DNA from: an uncultured Candidatus Saccharibacteria bacterium
GTDB taxonomy: Bacteria; Patescibacteriota; Minisyncoccia; Phycocordibacterales; JACOZG01
Direction of reading: 5' to 3'
DNA length: 64,000 nucleotides
Assembly (NCBI GenBank): GCA_964460805.1
Contig: CAYWPU010000001.1
Coordinates: 112,565 to 176,564 of the forward strand
Within the stretch, counting starts at the first letter, position 1; each line of letters begins with the position of its first letter. The notes beneath the pieces were generated by a model that did not search any database, was not told the origin of the DNA, and was given only the letters and a program-made list of their open reading frames with translations. This document shows, piece after piece, positions 29,642-39,885 of the stretch. Both the position numbers and the translations under genes were made by a program.

Positions 29642-30654
29642 AGATATTGCTAGCCACCGGGATCTACCCGCCGCAAATTGGTGGGCCGGCAACTTATGCC
29701 ACAAATTTACGCGAGCAATTTATTACGCTCGGTCATCGGGTGAGAATCTGCACATTTTCGCTGGAACATCATTTGCCAGCCGGAATTAGGCATATTTATT
29801 TTTTTGTAAAAATATTTTTTGTAATCTTGTTTTTTTCACCGGATTTTGTGCTCGCGCTGGACACTTTTTCGGTTGGTGTACCTAGTGTTTTAGTCGCCAG
29901 GCTTTTGAGAAGAAAGGTTGTAATTAGAACTGGCGGTGACTTTTTGTGGGAGGGTTATGTAGAACGGACGGGCAATCTAATTCTCCTGCGCGATTTTTAT
30001 ATCAAAATTAAATCAGGAGAAGTGAAGCTGAGTCTGAAAGAGAGAATTATTTTTGGATTAACTAGGTGGACAGTGAGAAATTGCAATCTTCTGGTTTTTA
30101 GCACTATCTGGCAACGAGGAATCTGGCGGGAGCCATATCGGTTGTCAGAAAGTAGAACGGCGATTATTGAGAATCACTTTGCTCCAATTGAAACTGAAAC
30201 TGCGGGCATGGTTCGTGGTCAGTTTTTTCTCAGTGGAGGCCGGCAGATTAAACTAAAGAATTGGTCTAAACTCAAACACATTTTTTCCCAACTTAATTTG
30301 CCGTTAGAGATTTTAAGCTTGCCCAGAGAACAATTTCTCGAGAGCCTACGTCAGAGCTATGCGCTGATTCTGATCTCAGTGAGTGAGATTAGTCCCAATC
30401 TTGTTCTTGATGCCATGCGCTACGGCAAGCCGGTTATCCTCACACAAGAAACTGGTTTGCGAGAGCGTCTGGGAGACACTGTGATCTGGGTGGATCCAAA
30501 TAACGAGGAGGATATCAAAAACAAAATACTATGGTTGATGGATGAAAGTAATTACCGAGTAATCTGTGAGCGAATAAAGAATTTTCGTTTCACTCATTCG
30601 TGGGAAGAAATTGTTGATGAGTTTGTTAAACTATTCCAAACGCAATGCATGTGA
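29638..30654 (+). CDS. Glycosyltransferase family 4-like
   Basis: N-terminus MKILLATGIYPPQIGGPATYA typical of GT4. ATGA start/stop overlap with the previous gene. Confidence 0.6.
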   Translation: MKILLATGIYPPQIGGPATYATNLREQFITLGHRVRICTFSLEHHLPAGIRHIYFFVKIFFVILFFSPDFVLALDTFSVGVPSVLVARLLRRKVVIRTGGDFLWEGYVERTGNLILLRDFYIKIKSGEVKLSLKERIIFGLTRWTVRNCNLLVFSTIWQRGIWREPYRLSESRTAIIENHFAPIETETAGMVRGQFFLSGGRQIKLKNWSKLKHIFSQLNLPLEILSLPREQFLESLRQSYALILISVSEISPNLVLDAMRYGKPVILTQETGLRERLGDTVIWVDPNNEEDIKNKILWLMDESNYRVICERIKNFRFTHSWEEIVDEFVKLFQTQCM

Positions 30655-31700
30655 TTAGCATTGGCTCAGATCGTAAGTTGTTTGAGAAGGGAAGCGAGGT
30701 GCGTCAGCGTCTCGCGACTCTCTCGGCGGCAATGGGCGAGCTTCATGTTATTGTCTTCACCACACGCGCTTATCCCAAATTAGTCAGAGTGTCCAATTCT
30801 CTATTTCTCTACCCGACCAATTCGCGCTCGCGCTGGCTCTATATTTTTGATGCTATCAAATTAGGCAAGGGTTTGCCCGGACCGGATGTAATAACAGCGC
30901 AAGACCCTTTTGAGTCTGGCCTGGTAGCCTGGTGGCTCTCGCGGTTTTTTAAGAGTCGTCTGCAACTACAAGTGCATACTGATTTGTTTAATAGAAACTT
31001 TGTCCGGCGAAGCTTGATTAATCGTGGGCGAGTGATCGTGGCGCGGTTTCTTTTGCCGCGAGCTGATTGTGTGCGAGTGGTGAGTGAGAAGATCGCCGCG
31101 AGCTTGAAGCAAGAAGGCGTTAAGTTGCAACGCGAACCAATTGTCTTACCAGTCTATATTGATACTGAGAAGATTAAAAATGCGCCAGTCCAGACCGATT
31201 TGCATCATAAATATCCTCAGTTTAAGCAGATTATTCTGATGGCTTGCCGTCTAGAGCCAGAGAAGCAATTAGATCTAGCGATCCGAGCCATGCCTGCAGT
31301 GCTAGAGAAATTGTCCCAAGCGGGCTTATTGATCGTTGGTTCTGGGTCACAATTGTCGGCTCTGCGTTCGCTGGTGGCCAGCCTAGGTTTATCTGCAAGT
31401 GTGATTTTTGAACCATGGTGTGATGACCTTGTCTCATATTATAAGACAGCCGATCTCTTCCTGCTGACCTCCAGTTACGAGGGCTATGGTAGAACTGTTG
31501 CTGAAGCTATTGCTTGTGGTCTGCCGGTAATTGCTACTGACGTGGGTAGTGCCAGAGAATTAGGGGCAATAATTTTAAAAGATTTGACCGATTTGCCCCA
31601 GATGACGATAGACCAGTTACAGAGAGGTAAAATGAAACCTTTTCTCCGGTTGCCGGACTGGGACACTTATCGCCGGCTTTATCTTAAGCAATGGTCCTAA
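30645..31700 (+). CDS. Glycosyltransferase family 4
   Basis: SSYEGYGRTVAEAIACGLPVIATDVGSAREL. Confidence 0.7.
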   Translation: MHVISIGSDRKLFEKGSEVRQRLATLSAAMGELHVIVFTTRAYPKLVRVSNSLFLYPTNSRSRWLYIFDAIKLGKGLPGPDVITAQDPFESGLVAWWLSRFFKSRLQLQVHTDLFNRNFVRRSLINRGRVIVARFLLPRADCVRVVSEKIAASLKQEGVKLQREPIVLPVYIDTEKIKNAPVQTDLHHKYPQFKQIILMACRLEPEKQLDLAIRAMPAVLEKLSQAGLLIVGSGSQLSALRSLVASLGLSASVIFEPWCDDLVSYYKTADLFLLTSSYEGYGRTVAEAIACGLPVIATDVGSARELGAIILKDLTDLPQMTIDQLQRGKMKPFLRLPDWDTYRRLYLKQWS

Positions 31701-31715
31701 TTTAAGAATGGTATC

Positions 31716-32726
31716 ATGACCAGACTATTGATACTCACGCAGGCAGTGGATCAGAATAATCCAGTTCTTGGATTTTTCCCTAGCTGGGTGGCCAAGTTCG
31801 GTGGGTATTGTGAGCGTGTTACCGTGATTTGTCTAGAGAGAGGAGAATATTCTCTCCCTGCCAATGTAAAAATCTTATCTTTAGGCAAAGAAGAGAAACG
31901 CGGTCGCTTACGGTATATGCTTCGTCTGTGTCGGTATCTCTGGCGGGAGCACGATAATTACGACACAGTCTTTGTCCACATGAACCAGGAGTATGTTTTG
32001 TTGGCAGCTTGGTGGTGGCGTTTGACTGGCAAGAGGATCTGGTTCTGGCGTAATCACCGCTACGGCAGTTGGCTGACGCGGCTAGCGGTCTGGTTCTCGC
32101 ATCGGGTTTATTACACCTCGCCTCAGTCCTTCACCGCGCGCTTCCGGAAGGCGCGACAGATGCCAGTGGGCATAGATACTACTATTTTTTGTTTACAGCC
32201 AGATGTTGTCAGAGTTCCACGCTCTGTCTTGGCATTAGGACGAATCTCCCGGGTCAAGCGCCTGGATGTTTTATTGCGGGCTTTACTCGTACTCCAAGAG
32301 CAGGGCATTAAATTCAGATCTGACATCATCGGTTCGCCCATCACGCCAGAAGATCGGAAGTATGAGGAAGAACTCAAGCAACTGGCTCAGCCTCTTGTCA
32401 GTGCTGGCCTTACGCAATTTCATCGGGCTGTCCCTCATTTGACTACACCGAGGTCGTACAATTCTCACGAGATCTATGTTAATCTAACCTCTGCTGGCGC
32501 GATGGATAAAACCATATTTGAGGCCCTGGCCTGTGGTGCTATACCAGTGCTTAAACCGGAACAGGAGGTGGTGATAACCGGGCTCGCGCTGGAAATCCAA
32601 AAGATTTTAGATCTGAGTATGGCGCAAAAAGAATTGATCCGGCGGGATCTGACCGAGGAAGTGAGGAGCAGGCAGAGTCTGGACATATTGGCAGAACGAT
32701 TGTTCGCAAACCAGATAGACCAATGA
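31716..32726 (+). CDS. Glycosyltransferase (GT4-like)
   Basis: C-terminal SAGAMDKTIFEALACGAIPVL. Confidence 0.55.
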   Translation: MTRLLILTQAVDQNNPVLGFFPSWVAKFGGYCERVTVICLERGEYSLPANVKILSLGKEEKRGRLRYMLRLCRYLWREHDNYDTVFVHMNQEYVLLAAWWWRLTGKRIWFWRNHRYGSWLTRLAVWFSHRVYYTSPQSFTARFRKARQMPVGIDTTIFCLQPDVVRVPRSVLALGRISRVKRLDVLLRALLVLQEQGIKFRSDIIGSPITPEDRKYEEELKQLAQPLVSAGLTQFHRAVPHLTTPRSYNSHEIYVNLTSAGAMDKTIFEALACGAIPVLKPEQEVVITGLALEIQKILDLSMAQKELIRRDLTEEVRSRQSLDILAERLFANQIDQ

Positions 32727-33814
32727 AAAAAATCTTATTTATCACCAGGGAGTCGTTGTCTGATCCTAAGAGAGGGACGCCAATCAGGATTCTCAATCTG
32801 GTTAGAGAGATGCAGAGGGACCACCAAGTCGTGGTTGCATCTCCGCTAGTGGACAAGAATCTGATCCATGATTATTGTCTCTACCCAAGCCGTTGGTGGT
32901 CGCGGTTTCAATACTTTTCTGAGATCATTAGAGCAGAAGGAATTGATATAGTCATGACTTCTACTGATATTGATATTGACCTACCTGTTTGGCTTAAGTG
33001 GCGCACGGGAGTGAAGATTGCCCTAGACCTCCACGGTCTCTACGCGGCAGAGATGTGTTACCAGGGTCACATGGGGCGAGTCAAGAGTTGGGTCCTGCAA
33101 CAGAAAATTAACTCCCTGATTCGGTTTTACGATCTGGTTTTGCCAGTCTCGCCCAAGTTGCTTGACTTCTATGGTTCTCGGATTAAGAAAGGAGTGGTGG
33201 TGTATGGTGGCGTAACCGAGAGCGATTTTTATCGCGGGCCTGTTTCACAACCAGAGGTTTTCACTATAGGCTATACCGGGAACGCAAAGCCTTATCAGGG
33301 GATAGATAATCTGCTGGCCGCCGCGGTTGACATTAAACGACAGAATCTTTTTCCTTTCCGCCTCAATCTAATCATGAGTAGCGGGCAAGGCGAAATTGAA
33401 GAGAAACTTAAGTCGCTGGGATTATTTGATCTAGCTAGTCTCACTTATAAAGTGTCGCACAAGGAGGTACCAAGGCTGATTGCTCGCTCCAGTGTGCTGG
33501 TAATTGCGCGTCCTAGTGTGGATATGACGGAGTATGCGTATCCTTCTAAATTGCCAGAGTATCTTGCAACCGGTATCCCGGTGGTGGCCACCCGGGTGGG
33601 ACCGATCGAGGCGCTCTTCCGTGACCAAGATTTTTTGATCGTCATTGATCCCGCTAATCCGGTAACCGAGTTGGTCCAGGCACTACTTAAACTAAATCGG
33701 TTGTCAGTAGCAGAACGAGCACGTATGGGTGCCCGAGCCATCCAGTTTGTGCGCGATTATCTCACATGGGAGCACATTGGTCGGGTTGCCAACCAAGCTC
33801 TAGGATCTATCTAA
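32723..33814 (+). CDS. Glycosyltransferase family 4
   Basis: YPSKLPEYLATGIPVVATRVGPIEALF. Confidence 0.7.
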   Translation: MKKILFITRESLSDPKRGTPIRILNLVREMQRDHQVVVASPLVDKNLIHDYCLYPSRWWSRFQYFSEIIRAEGIDIVMTSTDIDIDLPVWLKWRTGVKIALDLHGLYAAEMCYQGHMGRVKSWVLQQKINSLIRFYDLVLPVSPKLLDFYGSRIKKGVVVYGGVTESDFYRGPVSQPEVFTIGYTGNAKPYQGIDNLLAAAVDIKRQNLFPFRLNLIMSSGQGEIEEKLKSLGLFDLASLTYKVSHKEVPRLIARSSVLVIARPSVDMTEYAYPSKLPEYLATGIPVVATRVGPIEALFRDQDFLIVIDPANPVTELVQALLKLNRLSVAERARMGARAIQFVRDYLTWEHIGRVANQALGSI

Positions 33815-33819
33815 ACTGT

Positions 33820-34635
33820 ATGAAAACGACGCAACAGGTTTATCGGACTATGTGGGAGGATATTGGTGGGGATGCTGGGCGTGGTTATCTTGAGATCAAG
33901 TTCCGCCCCACTTACCGCATTGGTCTTACCAACCACGTCCGCGAGTGGGCGATATATCGCTTTCTTGATCCTAAGCCTAGCGATAAGGTCTTGGACGTGG
34001 GTTGCGCTTCCGGTCGGCAAATATTCCGAATTATTAATCGTGTTGCCGAGGGGCATGGGGTGGATATTGCTGCGAGCTTCATCGCCGTAGCCAATCGTTA
34101 CCGGTCCGAGCAGGGATTAATACGGACTTCTTTCCAAGTTGCGGCCATTGAGTCATTGCCTTTCACCGATGGCTATTTTGATAAACTAATTTGTGGCGAA
34201 GTGCTTGAGCATGTCTTTGATAGAGACGTGGCTTTAGCCGAATTGCGCCGTGTACTCAAGCCCGGCGGCTTGTTAGTCATCACTGTGCCTAATCTCAATG
34301 CCGACGGTACGTGGTGGGGGAGGCTTCTGAGGTATTTTAAAATCAGATCATTTACGCCCATGACGGAGTTTTCTCAAAAGGAGTTACATCGGCACGGTGA
34401 TTCTCATGTGAGAGAATTTACAGCTGAGACAATGCGTGATTGGCTCGAGGGTCGGCAATGGCAGGTCCTTGATCTTACCACGGCGTCATTTATTGATGGG
34501 CCTTGCATTGATTGGCTACTAAAGGTGCCCCTGCATTTGCCACCTGCTCGTTGGTTAATCATCCGATTGGAGTATTTTTTTACTTGGTCTCGGCTCAGAT
34601 TGGGTCGCCACCTGGTGGTGAAAGCTCGTCGCTAA
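33820..34635 (+). CDS. Class I SAM-dependent methyltransferase
   Basis: VLDVGCASGRQ (motif I) and LKPGGLLVITVPN. Confidence 0.7.
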   Translation: MKTTQQVYRTMWEDIGGDAGRGYLEIKFRPTYRIGLTNHVREWAIYRFLDPKPSDKVLDVGCASGRQIFRIINRVAEGHGVDIAASFIAVANRYRSEQGLIRTSFQVAAIESLPFTDGYFDKLICGEVLEHVFDRDVALAELRRVLKPGGLLVITVPNLNADGTWWGRLLRYFKIRSFTPMTEFSQKELHRHGDSHVREFTAETMRDWLEGRQWQVLDLTTASFIDGPCIDWLLKVPLHLPPARWLIIRLEYFFTWSRLRLGRHLVVKARR

Positions 34636-34652
34636 TCTGGTAAACTCGATAG

Positions 34653-34871
34653 ATGAATAAGTTCCTGCTCTGCGTAGTCAAGATCTTGGGCCACTGCTTC
34701 AAGTCTCTTAAACTGCCGCTTTTTAGCACCGACTTCATGTCTGCCTGGGCTTGGCGAGCATCTAATGGCGAGATCTATACGGCGGTGAAGACGGCCCCAG
34801 CGGTGACTGTGTTACCCTATTGGCAAGAGGGTGAGCGTTACTATGTACTCCTGATCGAGCAGTCGCGCTGA
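34653..34871 (+). pseudogene. Possible NUDIX-hydrolase N-terminal remnant
   Basis: AVTVLPYWQEGERYYVLLIEQSR followed by a stop, resembling the NudF-type start V.VLPY....VLL..Q.R. No Nudix box follows. Confidence 0.25.
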
Positions 34872-35010
34872 AATTGCCAGGACTCAAATCTGGGATTTCC
34901 CTGGTACTTGAGGTACTGAATCAGGCCCCAGGCCGTCATGAATACAGCCTGGGGCTAAATTATTGGAAAAGTAACGTCAAGATGCTAGGATATGAGATGC
35001 TTTCTAGACT

Positions 35011-35967
35011 ATGGCGAAGATTTTAATCACTGGCAGTAAGGGTGTAGTGGGGACTTGGCTCGTACAAATCTTGACCGCGCGAGGCCATGAGGTTTTCGGT
35101 GTTGATCTCATCCACCACCTAGGCTCAGTAGGTTTTGAACAGGAGATGTCGCGGGGCAAATTCCACTATGCCCGTTGCGATGTGGCCAATTTTCGCCAGC
35201 TCGAGCGTGTATTCCAGAAGGCTGGTCCTTTTGCTTTTGTCTATCATTGCGCCGCGGAGTTTGGTCGCTGGAACGGTGAGGACTATTATGAGCAGGTTTG
35301 GCAGACCAACGCGATTGGTACTAAGAACCTGATCCGTCTGCAGGAGAAACTAGGCTTCAAACTCATCCACTTTTCGTCTTCTGAAGTCTACGGTGACTAT
35401 CCAGAGGTGATGGAGGAAGAGGTGATGAACAGGGTAGAAATCAAGCAGATGAACGATTATGCTCTGTCCAAGTGGGTCAACGAACAACAGATCCGTAACT
35501 CAGCCATCAAGCATGGTACGCAGACGGTCATAGTGAGACTCTTTAATACCTATGGTCCCGGCGAATGGTATCACCCCTACCGTAGTGTAAACTGCAAGTT
35601 CTGTTACCACAGTCTCCACGGTATCCCGGTAGTAGTTTATCGCGGACATTCGCGCACCTCCACCTATCTTGAGGATACTTGTCGCACGCTGGCCAATATC
35701 ACTGATAACTTTAAACCCGGTTTAGTCTATAACATCGGCGGCAAGGTACAGCACGATATTGAGACCTTGGCTGGTATTATCTGGAAACACTCTGGCGCTT
35801 CCGAGCACCTTATTAGCTATGCCGACTCGGAGGTGCTGACTACCAAGGTCAAGCTGGTCGATAGTACCCGTGCCGAGCGCGATCTCGGTCACGCTTCCAC
35901 TGTAGATCTAGAGGAAGGTATTCGTCGCACCATTGATTGGATGAAGGAGTACTACCGCTTTGTCTAA
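35011..35967 (+). CDS. NAD-dependent epimerase/dehydratase (SDR family)
   Basis: ILITGSKGVVGTWL (Rossmann) and YALSK (YxxxK). Confidence 0.8.
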   Translation: MAKILITGSKGVVGTWLVQILTARGHEVFGVDLIHHLGSVGFEQEMSRGKFHYARCDVANFRQLERVFQKAGPFAFVYHCAAEFGRWNGEDYYEQVWQTNAIGTKNLIRLQEKLGFKLIHFSSSEVYGDYPEVMEEEVMNRVEIKQMNDYALSKWVNEQQIRNSAIKHGTQTVIVRLFNTYGPGEWYHPYRSVNCKFCYHSLHGIPVVVYRGHSRTSTYLEDTCRTLANITDNFKPGLVYNIGGKVQHDIETLAGIIWKHSGASEHLISYADSEVLTTKVKLVDSTRAERDLGHASTVDLEEGIRRTIDWMKEYYRFV

Positions 35968-36364
35968 CTCTTTGATCTCTCAGTTTCGACGTTATCCGGT
36001 TTTTGTTTTCGTAGGCGTGGTTGGTGTGGTACTTAACTTAGGGCTTACATATGTTTTCACTGACCTTCTAGGTTGGTGGTATTTACCCTCTTTTATATTA
36101 GCCACCTTGGTGACCTGGTCTGTTGGTTTCTGGCTTAATTCTCAGCTAACCTTTTCTGGTCACAACCAGGTCAATTTTTGGAAGTCTTATTTAAAGTTCA
36201 TATCCTTATATTTATTATTGAGTCCACCGGCTTTCTATCTCATTTATGCACTTACTTCCTGGGTTCATCTTCACTATCTTGTGAGCGCGTTATTGGTTAA
36301 TATTTTAAGTTCTGTGCTTACCTTCCTGATTACTCAGAGGCGAATTTTTAATTATTGCCCCTAA
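35960..36364 (+). CDS. GtrA-family membrane protein (polysaccharide synthesis/translocation)
   Basis: 134 aa. Four TM helices. N-terminus YPVFVFVGVVGVVLNLGLTYVFT is typical of GtrA. Confidence 0.65.
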   Translation: MSNSLISQFRRYPVFVFVGVVGVVLNLGLTYVFTDLLGWWYLPSFILATLVTWSVGFWLNSQLTFSGHNQVNFWKSYLKFISLYLLLSPPAFYLIYALTSWVHLHYLVSALLVNILSSVLTFLITQRRIFNYCP

Positions 36365-36372
36365 ATTTTTCT

Positions 36373-38196
36373 ATGTGTGGGATTATTGGCACGGCTGGTG
36401 AACCGATTGACTCTCAACACTTTTCTGAACGCGTGCAGAGTCTACGGCACCGGGGTCCAGATGGTACGGGTTACTTCTCGTCGCAGGACGGATCGCTCCG
36501 CTTGGCGCATCACCGCTTGGCGGTTATTGATCTCAGCGATCGGGCCAAGCAACCCATGACTATAGAGGGCTGTACTCTAGTCTATAACGGCGAGATTTAT
36601 AATTATCTGGAATTGAAGCGGGAAATTGGCGGAGAATTTTCTTCCAGTTCTGATACCGAAGTAATCTTGCGTGGTTACTTGCACTGGGGTGCGGCGGTAT
36701 TTGCCAAGCTAGACGGCATGTTTGCTCTGGCGATCTATGATTCCCGCTCGGGGGAGTTAATCCTGGCCCGCGATCGCATGGGGATCAAACCGCTCTATTA
36801 TATTCAAAAGGGCAATGAACTACAGTTCGCGTCTGAGATCCAAGGCCTAGAGACAGAGAGACAAATCAACCCTGACGCTATCCGTTCCTACCTATTCCAG
36901 AACTATGTTTATGCAGAAGAGGAAATTCTCTGTGGGGTACGGAGTTTCCCCGCCGGTTGTTATGGTCTATTTCGTCTCCAGCAGGGGAACTGGCTAGTGC
37001 AATCTTATCTGGCTGTGCCGGCACTTCCTCAAGCTCTGTCCGGTGTGGAGGGATTAGACATGGGCCGCCAGGTTCTGCGGGATTCTGTTCGGCGCTCACT
37101 GCTTAGTGATGTGCCCTTGGGAGTCTTCTTGTCTTCTGGCGTTGATTCCAGCTTGATAGCCGCACTAGCGCAAGAGGTCGCTGGCGGGGTTAACACCTTT
37201 ACTGTCAGCTTCGATTCCGCCTCTTTCGACGAATCAGCGAGGGCGGGAGAGATTGCTCAGATTCTGGGTACTAATCACCACCGCATCGAACTGGATAAGC
37301 GAGAAGTGTTAGCGCAGATTCCCCAGATTCTTGACCACTTCCATATGCCTTTCGGCGATTCTAGTGCCTTACCCTTTTATTTTCTCAGTCTCTATGCTCG
37401 AGAACGAGTGAAAGTGGCGCTGTCTGGCGATGGTGCGGATGAGCTCTTTGGTGGTTACCCCCTCTACTACTTACCGCCTATTGCGCGACTCTACCGTCTC
37501 TTGCCGGGCAGTTCTCTGGTGGAGTGGTTGGTATCCAAGCTGCCGGCTTCCTTCCAGAAGATGAGCTTTGACGAGAAGGCGCGGCGTTTTACCCTGGCCG
37601 CTAGGCACGATTATCGTGCGGCGCACTTCTGGTACCGCGCGATGCATAATAGTTTGGCGTTACGGCCGGAATATCAGCTGGACCCCCGGCCCTTACTCAG
37701 TCTTTTCGCCAGCTTGTCTGGCCTCAGTGTTCCCGAGCAACTAATGCGCGTAGATCAGCACACAGTGCTAGAGCGTGATTATCTGGTAAAAGCCGATCGC
37801 ATGAGTATGGCTCACGGCCTGGAAGTGCGATTGCCTTTCCTGAATAACCGGGTCGTTGACTTTGCCGCTAGCTTACCTGCAGAGCTTAAAGTGCGCCGCT
37901 TTACCACCAAGGTCTTGCTGAAGAAGATTCTGGAGGACTACCTGCCTAAGCGATTGATCTATACCAAGAAGCAGGGATTCTCCTTCCCGGTGGCCGAGTG
38001 GTTATGCGGAGAGCTTAAAGAGCTAATGTTCGCCACTCTCTCTCGCAAACAGGTGGCGCAAGTGCCGTACTTGGACTATAGTGGAGTGCAAGGAATGATC
38101 CAAGATCATCTAGAGCGCCGGCGCGACTATAGTCGCGAGCTCTGGGGATTGATCAGCTTGGTTCGTTATCTCAGCAGACAAGATGCAGAAGCTTAG
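36373..38196 (+). CDS. asnB: Asparagine synthase (glutamine-hydrolysing) family amidotransferase
   Basis: MCGIIG Ntn start and SGGVDSS PP-loop. Confidence 0.85.
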   Translation: MCGIIGTAGEPIDSQHFSERVQSLRHRGPDGTGYFSSQDGSLRLAHHRLAVIDLSDRAKQPMTIEGCTLVYNGEIYNYLELKREIGGEFSSSSDTEVILRGYLHWGAAVFAKLDGMFALAIYDSRSGELILARDRMGIKPLYYIQKGNELQFASEIQGLETERQINPDAIRSYLFQNYVYAEEEILCGVRSFPAGCYGLFRLQQGNWLVQSYLAVPALPQALSGVEGLDMGRQVLRDSVRRSLLSDVPLGVFLSSGVDSSLIAALAQEVAGGVNTFTVSFDSASFDESARAGEIAQILGTNHHRIELDKREVLAQIPQILDHFHMPFGDSSALPFYFLSLYARERVKVALSGDGADELFGGYPLYYLPPIARLYRLLPGSSLVEWLVSKLPASFQKMSFDEKARRFTLAARHDYRAAHFWYRAMHNSLALRPEYQLDPRPLLSLFASLSGLSVPEQLMRVDQHTVLERDYLVKADRMSMAHGLEVRLPFLNNRVVDFAASLPAELKVRRFTTKVLLKKILEDYLPKRLIYTKKQGFSFPVAEWLCGELKELMFATLSRKQVAQVPYLDYSGVQGMIQDHLERRRDYSRELWGLISLVRYLSRQDAEA

Positions 38197-39064
38197 CATT
38201 ATTATCCCAGCTTATAACGAAGAGGCAGCGCTCCAGGGGGTACTGCGAGAGCTCCTAGATTATCACTTTTCACTACCAATAGAACTGGTGTTGATTAACG
38301 ATGGATCTAGCGACCAGACAAGCGTAATTGCACATTCTTTTGCGGGCGACCAGCGGCTCATCATTATTGACCAACAGCAGAACCGCGGCTACGGTGCCAG
38401 CATTAAACAGGGGATCAAGAGGGCGAGCGGTGATTACATCGTTACTTACGATGCTGATGGGCAGTTTTCCCCCGAGCATATAGAGGGTATGATTAAGGTG
38501 GCGCGCGGACAGCAACTAGATGCGGTCTTTGGCGAGCGTCAAGGACGACTCCAAAATAGCTCGCATTGGCGAGTGCCGGGTAAGTATCTAATCCGCTGGC
38601 TGGTGCGCCAGCTGATAGAAGTGAGAGTGAGAGACTTCAACTGCGGTTTACGGCTTATGCGTCGCGAGGCGATCAGACCCTATTTACATCTATGTTCCAA
38701 CCGCTTCTCCTTTTCCACCACCTCAATGATGGTTCTAGTTAGTCGGGGCTACTCCCATACTTTCTGGCCTGTCCAGATCAAGAGTCGCTTGGCTGGCACC
38801 AGTGCTGTGAGAGTGTCTACTGGCTTCTCCACCATCCTTTTAGTGATCCGCTTGATTATGCTTTTCAATCCACTCAAGATTTTTTTTAGCGCCGGCCTCC
38901 TCTCTTTCTTGGCAGGTCTCATCTATGGACTACGTTTCTTTCTGATTGGTAATGGTTTGAGCGTGGGGAGCCTCTTCTTGCTACTCACGGGAGTGCTATT
39001 TGTCTCCCTTGGCCTGATGGCCGACCAGATCTCCGAGTTGAGGAAGTCGCAATTTGAACAATAA
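38183..39064 (+). CDS. Glycosyltransferase family 2, polyprenyl-phosphate sugar transferase (GtrB/DPM1-like) with C-terminal TM helices
   Basis: LSIIIPAYNEE, DAD motif and two C-terminal TM segments. Confidence 0.75.
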   Translation: MQKLSIIIPAYNEEAALQGVLRELLDYHFSLPIELVLINDGSSDQTSVIAHSFAGDQRLIIIDQQQNRGYGASIKQGIKRASGDYIVTYDADGQFSPEHIEGMIKVARGQQLDAVFGERQGRLQNSSHWRVPGKYLIRWLVRQLIEVRVRDFNCGLRLMRREAIRPYLHLCSNRFSFSTTSMMVLVSRGYSHTFWPVQIKSRLAGTSAVRVSTGFSTILLVIRLIMLFNPLKIFFSAGLLSFLAGLIYGLRFFLIGNGLSVGSLFLLLTGVLFVSLGLMADQISELRKSQFEQ

Positions 39065-39876
39065 TGCCAGTGCCCATTCAATCTGTTGCTAACGAGGGGA
39101 CCATTGGAGATTTCCACACACAGTGGACCAAATTTCAAAGGCAAGACGGAGTCTATGCTAGCGAGAGTCTCTTCTGGGATTACTTCGGGCCACTTCTGTC
39201 ACGGGAGGATTTGACAAACAAGAGAGTGGCAGAGGTTGGATCTGGAAATGGTAGGTTTGTGAAGATCTGCTCTCGTTATGCCGCAGAGGTGGTTGGTTTT
39301 GAGCCTTCTGGTGCAGTAGAGGTGGCGAGGCGCTACTGTTTGGGACTTGGGAACACCACTTTTGTTTCCCAGAGTGTCTATCAAATTGAGGTCAGAGATA
39401 ATTTTGATATTGTGTTGTGTTTGGGAGTGTTGCATCATCTGCCAGATCCAGTACACGCCCTCGCGATTATGAAATCGATGCTTGGCGCGGGGGGTTCTTG
39501 CCTCGTGTGGGTCTATGGTCGAGAGGGGAATGCCTTGTACTTAAAGATTTTTAAACCTCTGATGAGGATTACTTCGCGCCTGCCCCACAGTCTATTGAAT
39601 AGTCTCTCCTTCTTGTTGGCGCTAGCTCTTAGATGCTATAGTGCAGTGGTCCGGTTTTTACCTTTTGTGCCTTGGCCCCTTCGGTCTTATATCACTAACG
39701 TGATTTATCCTCTGGATATTTATCACACCAAGTTGGTGATCTACGACCAACTTAATCCTCGAATTGCTAACTATTACTCTCAAGCGGAGATTGAAGCAAT
39801 AGCTAAACAAGCCGGTTTCCAGAATATCCAGTCTTATCATCGTCACGGCTATAGCTGGACTCTAAGGCTAAGTTGA
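39064..39876 (+). CDS. Class I SAM-dependent methyltransferase
   Basis: VAEVGSGNGRF motif I. Confidence 0.65.
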   Translation: MPVPIQSVANEGTIGDFHTQWTKFQRQDGVYASESLFWDYFGPLLSREDLTNKRVAEVGSGNGRFVKICSRYAAEVVGFEPSGAVEVARRYCLGLGNTTFVSQSVYQIEVRDNFDIVLCLGVLHHLPDPVHALAIMKSMLGAGGSCLVWVYGREGNALYLKIFKPLMRITSRLPHSLLNSLSFLLALALRCYSAVVRFLPFVPWPLRSYITNVIYPLDIYHTKLVIYDQLNPRIANYYSQAEIEAIAKQAGFQNIQSYHRHGYSWTLRLS

Positions 39877-39885
39877 TATGCAAGC

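Noticed and set aside
34872-35010. Hairpin GCCCCAGGC-(12 nt)-GCCTGGGGC as a possible tRNA or terminator
   Set aside because: There is no cloverleaf-compatible flanking sequence and no T-run. It is recorded only as part of the possible NUDIX-remnant gap.
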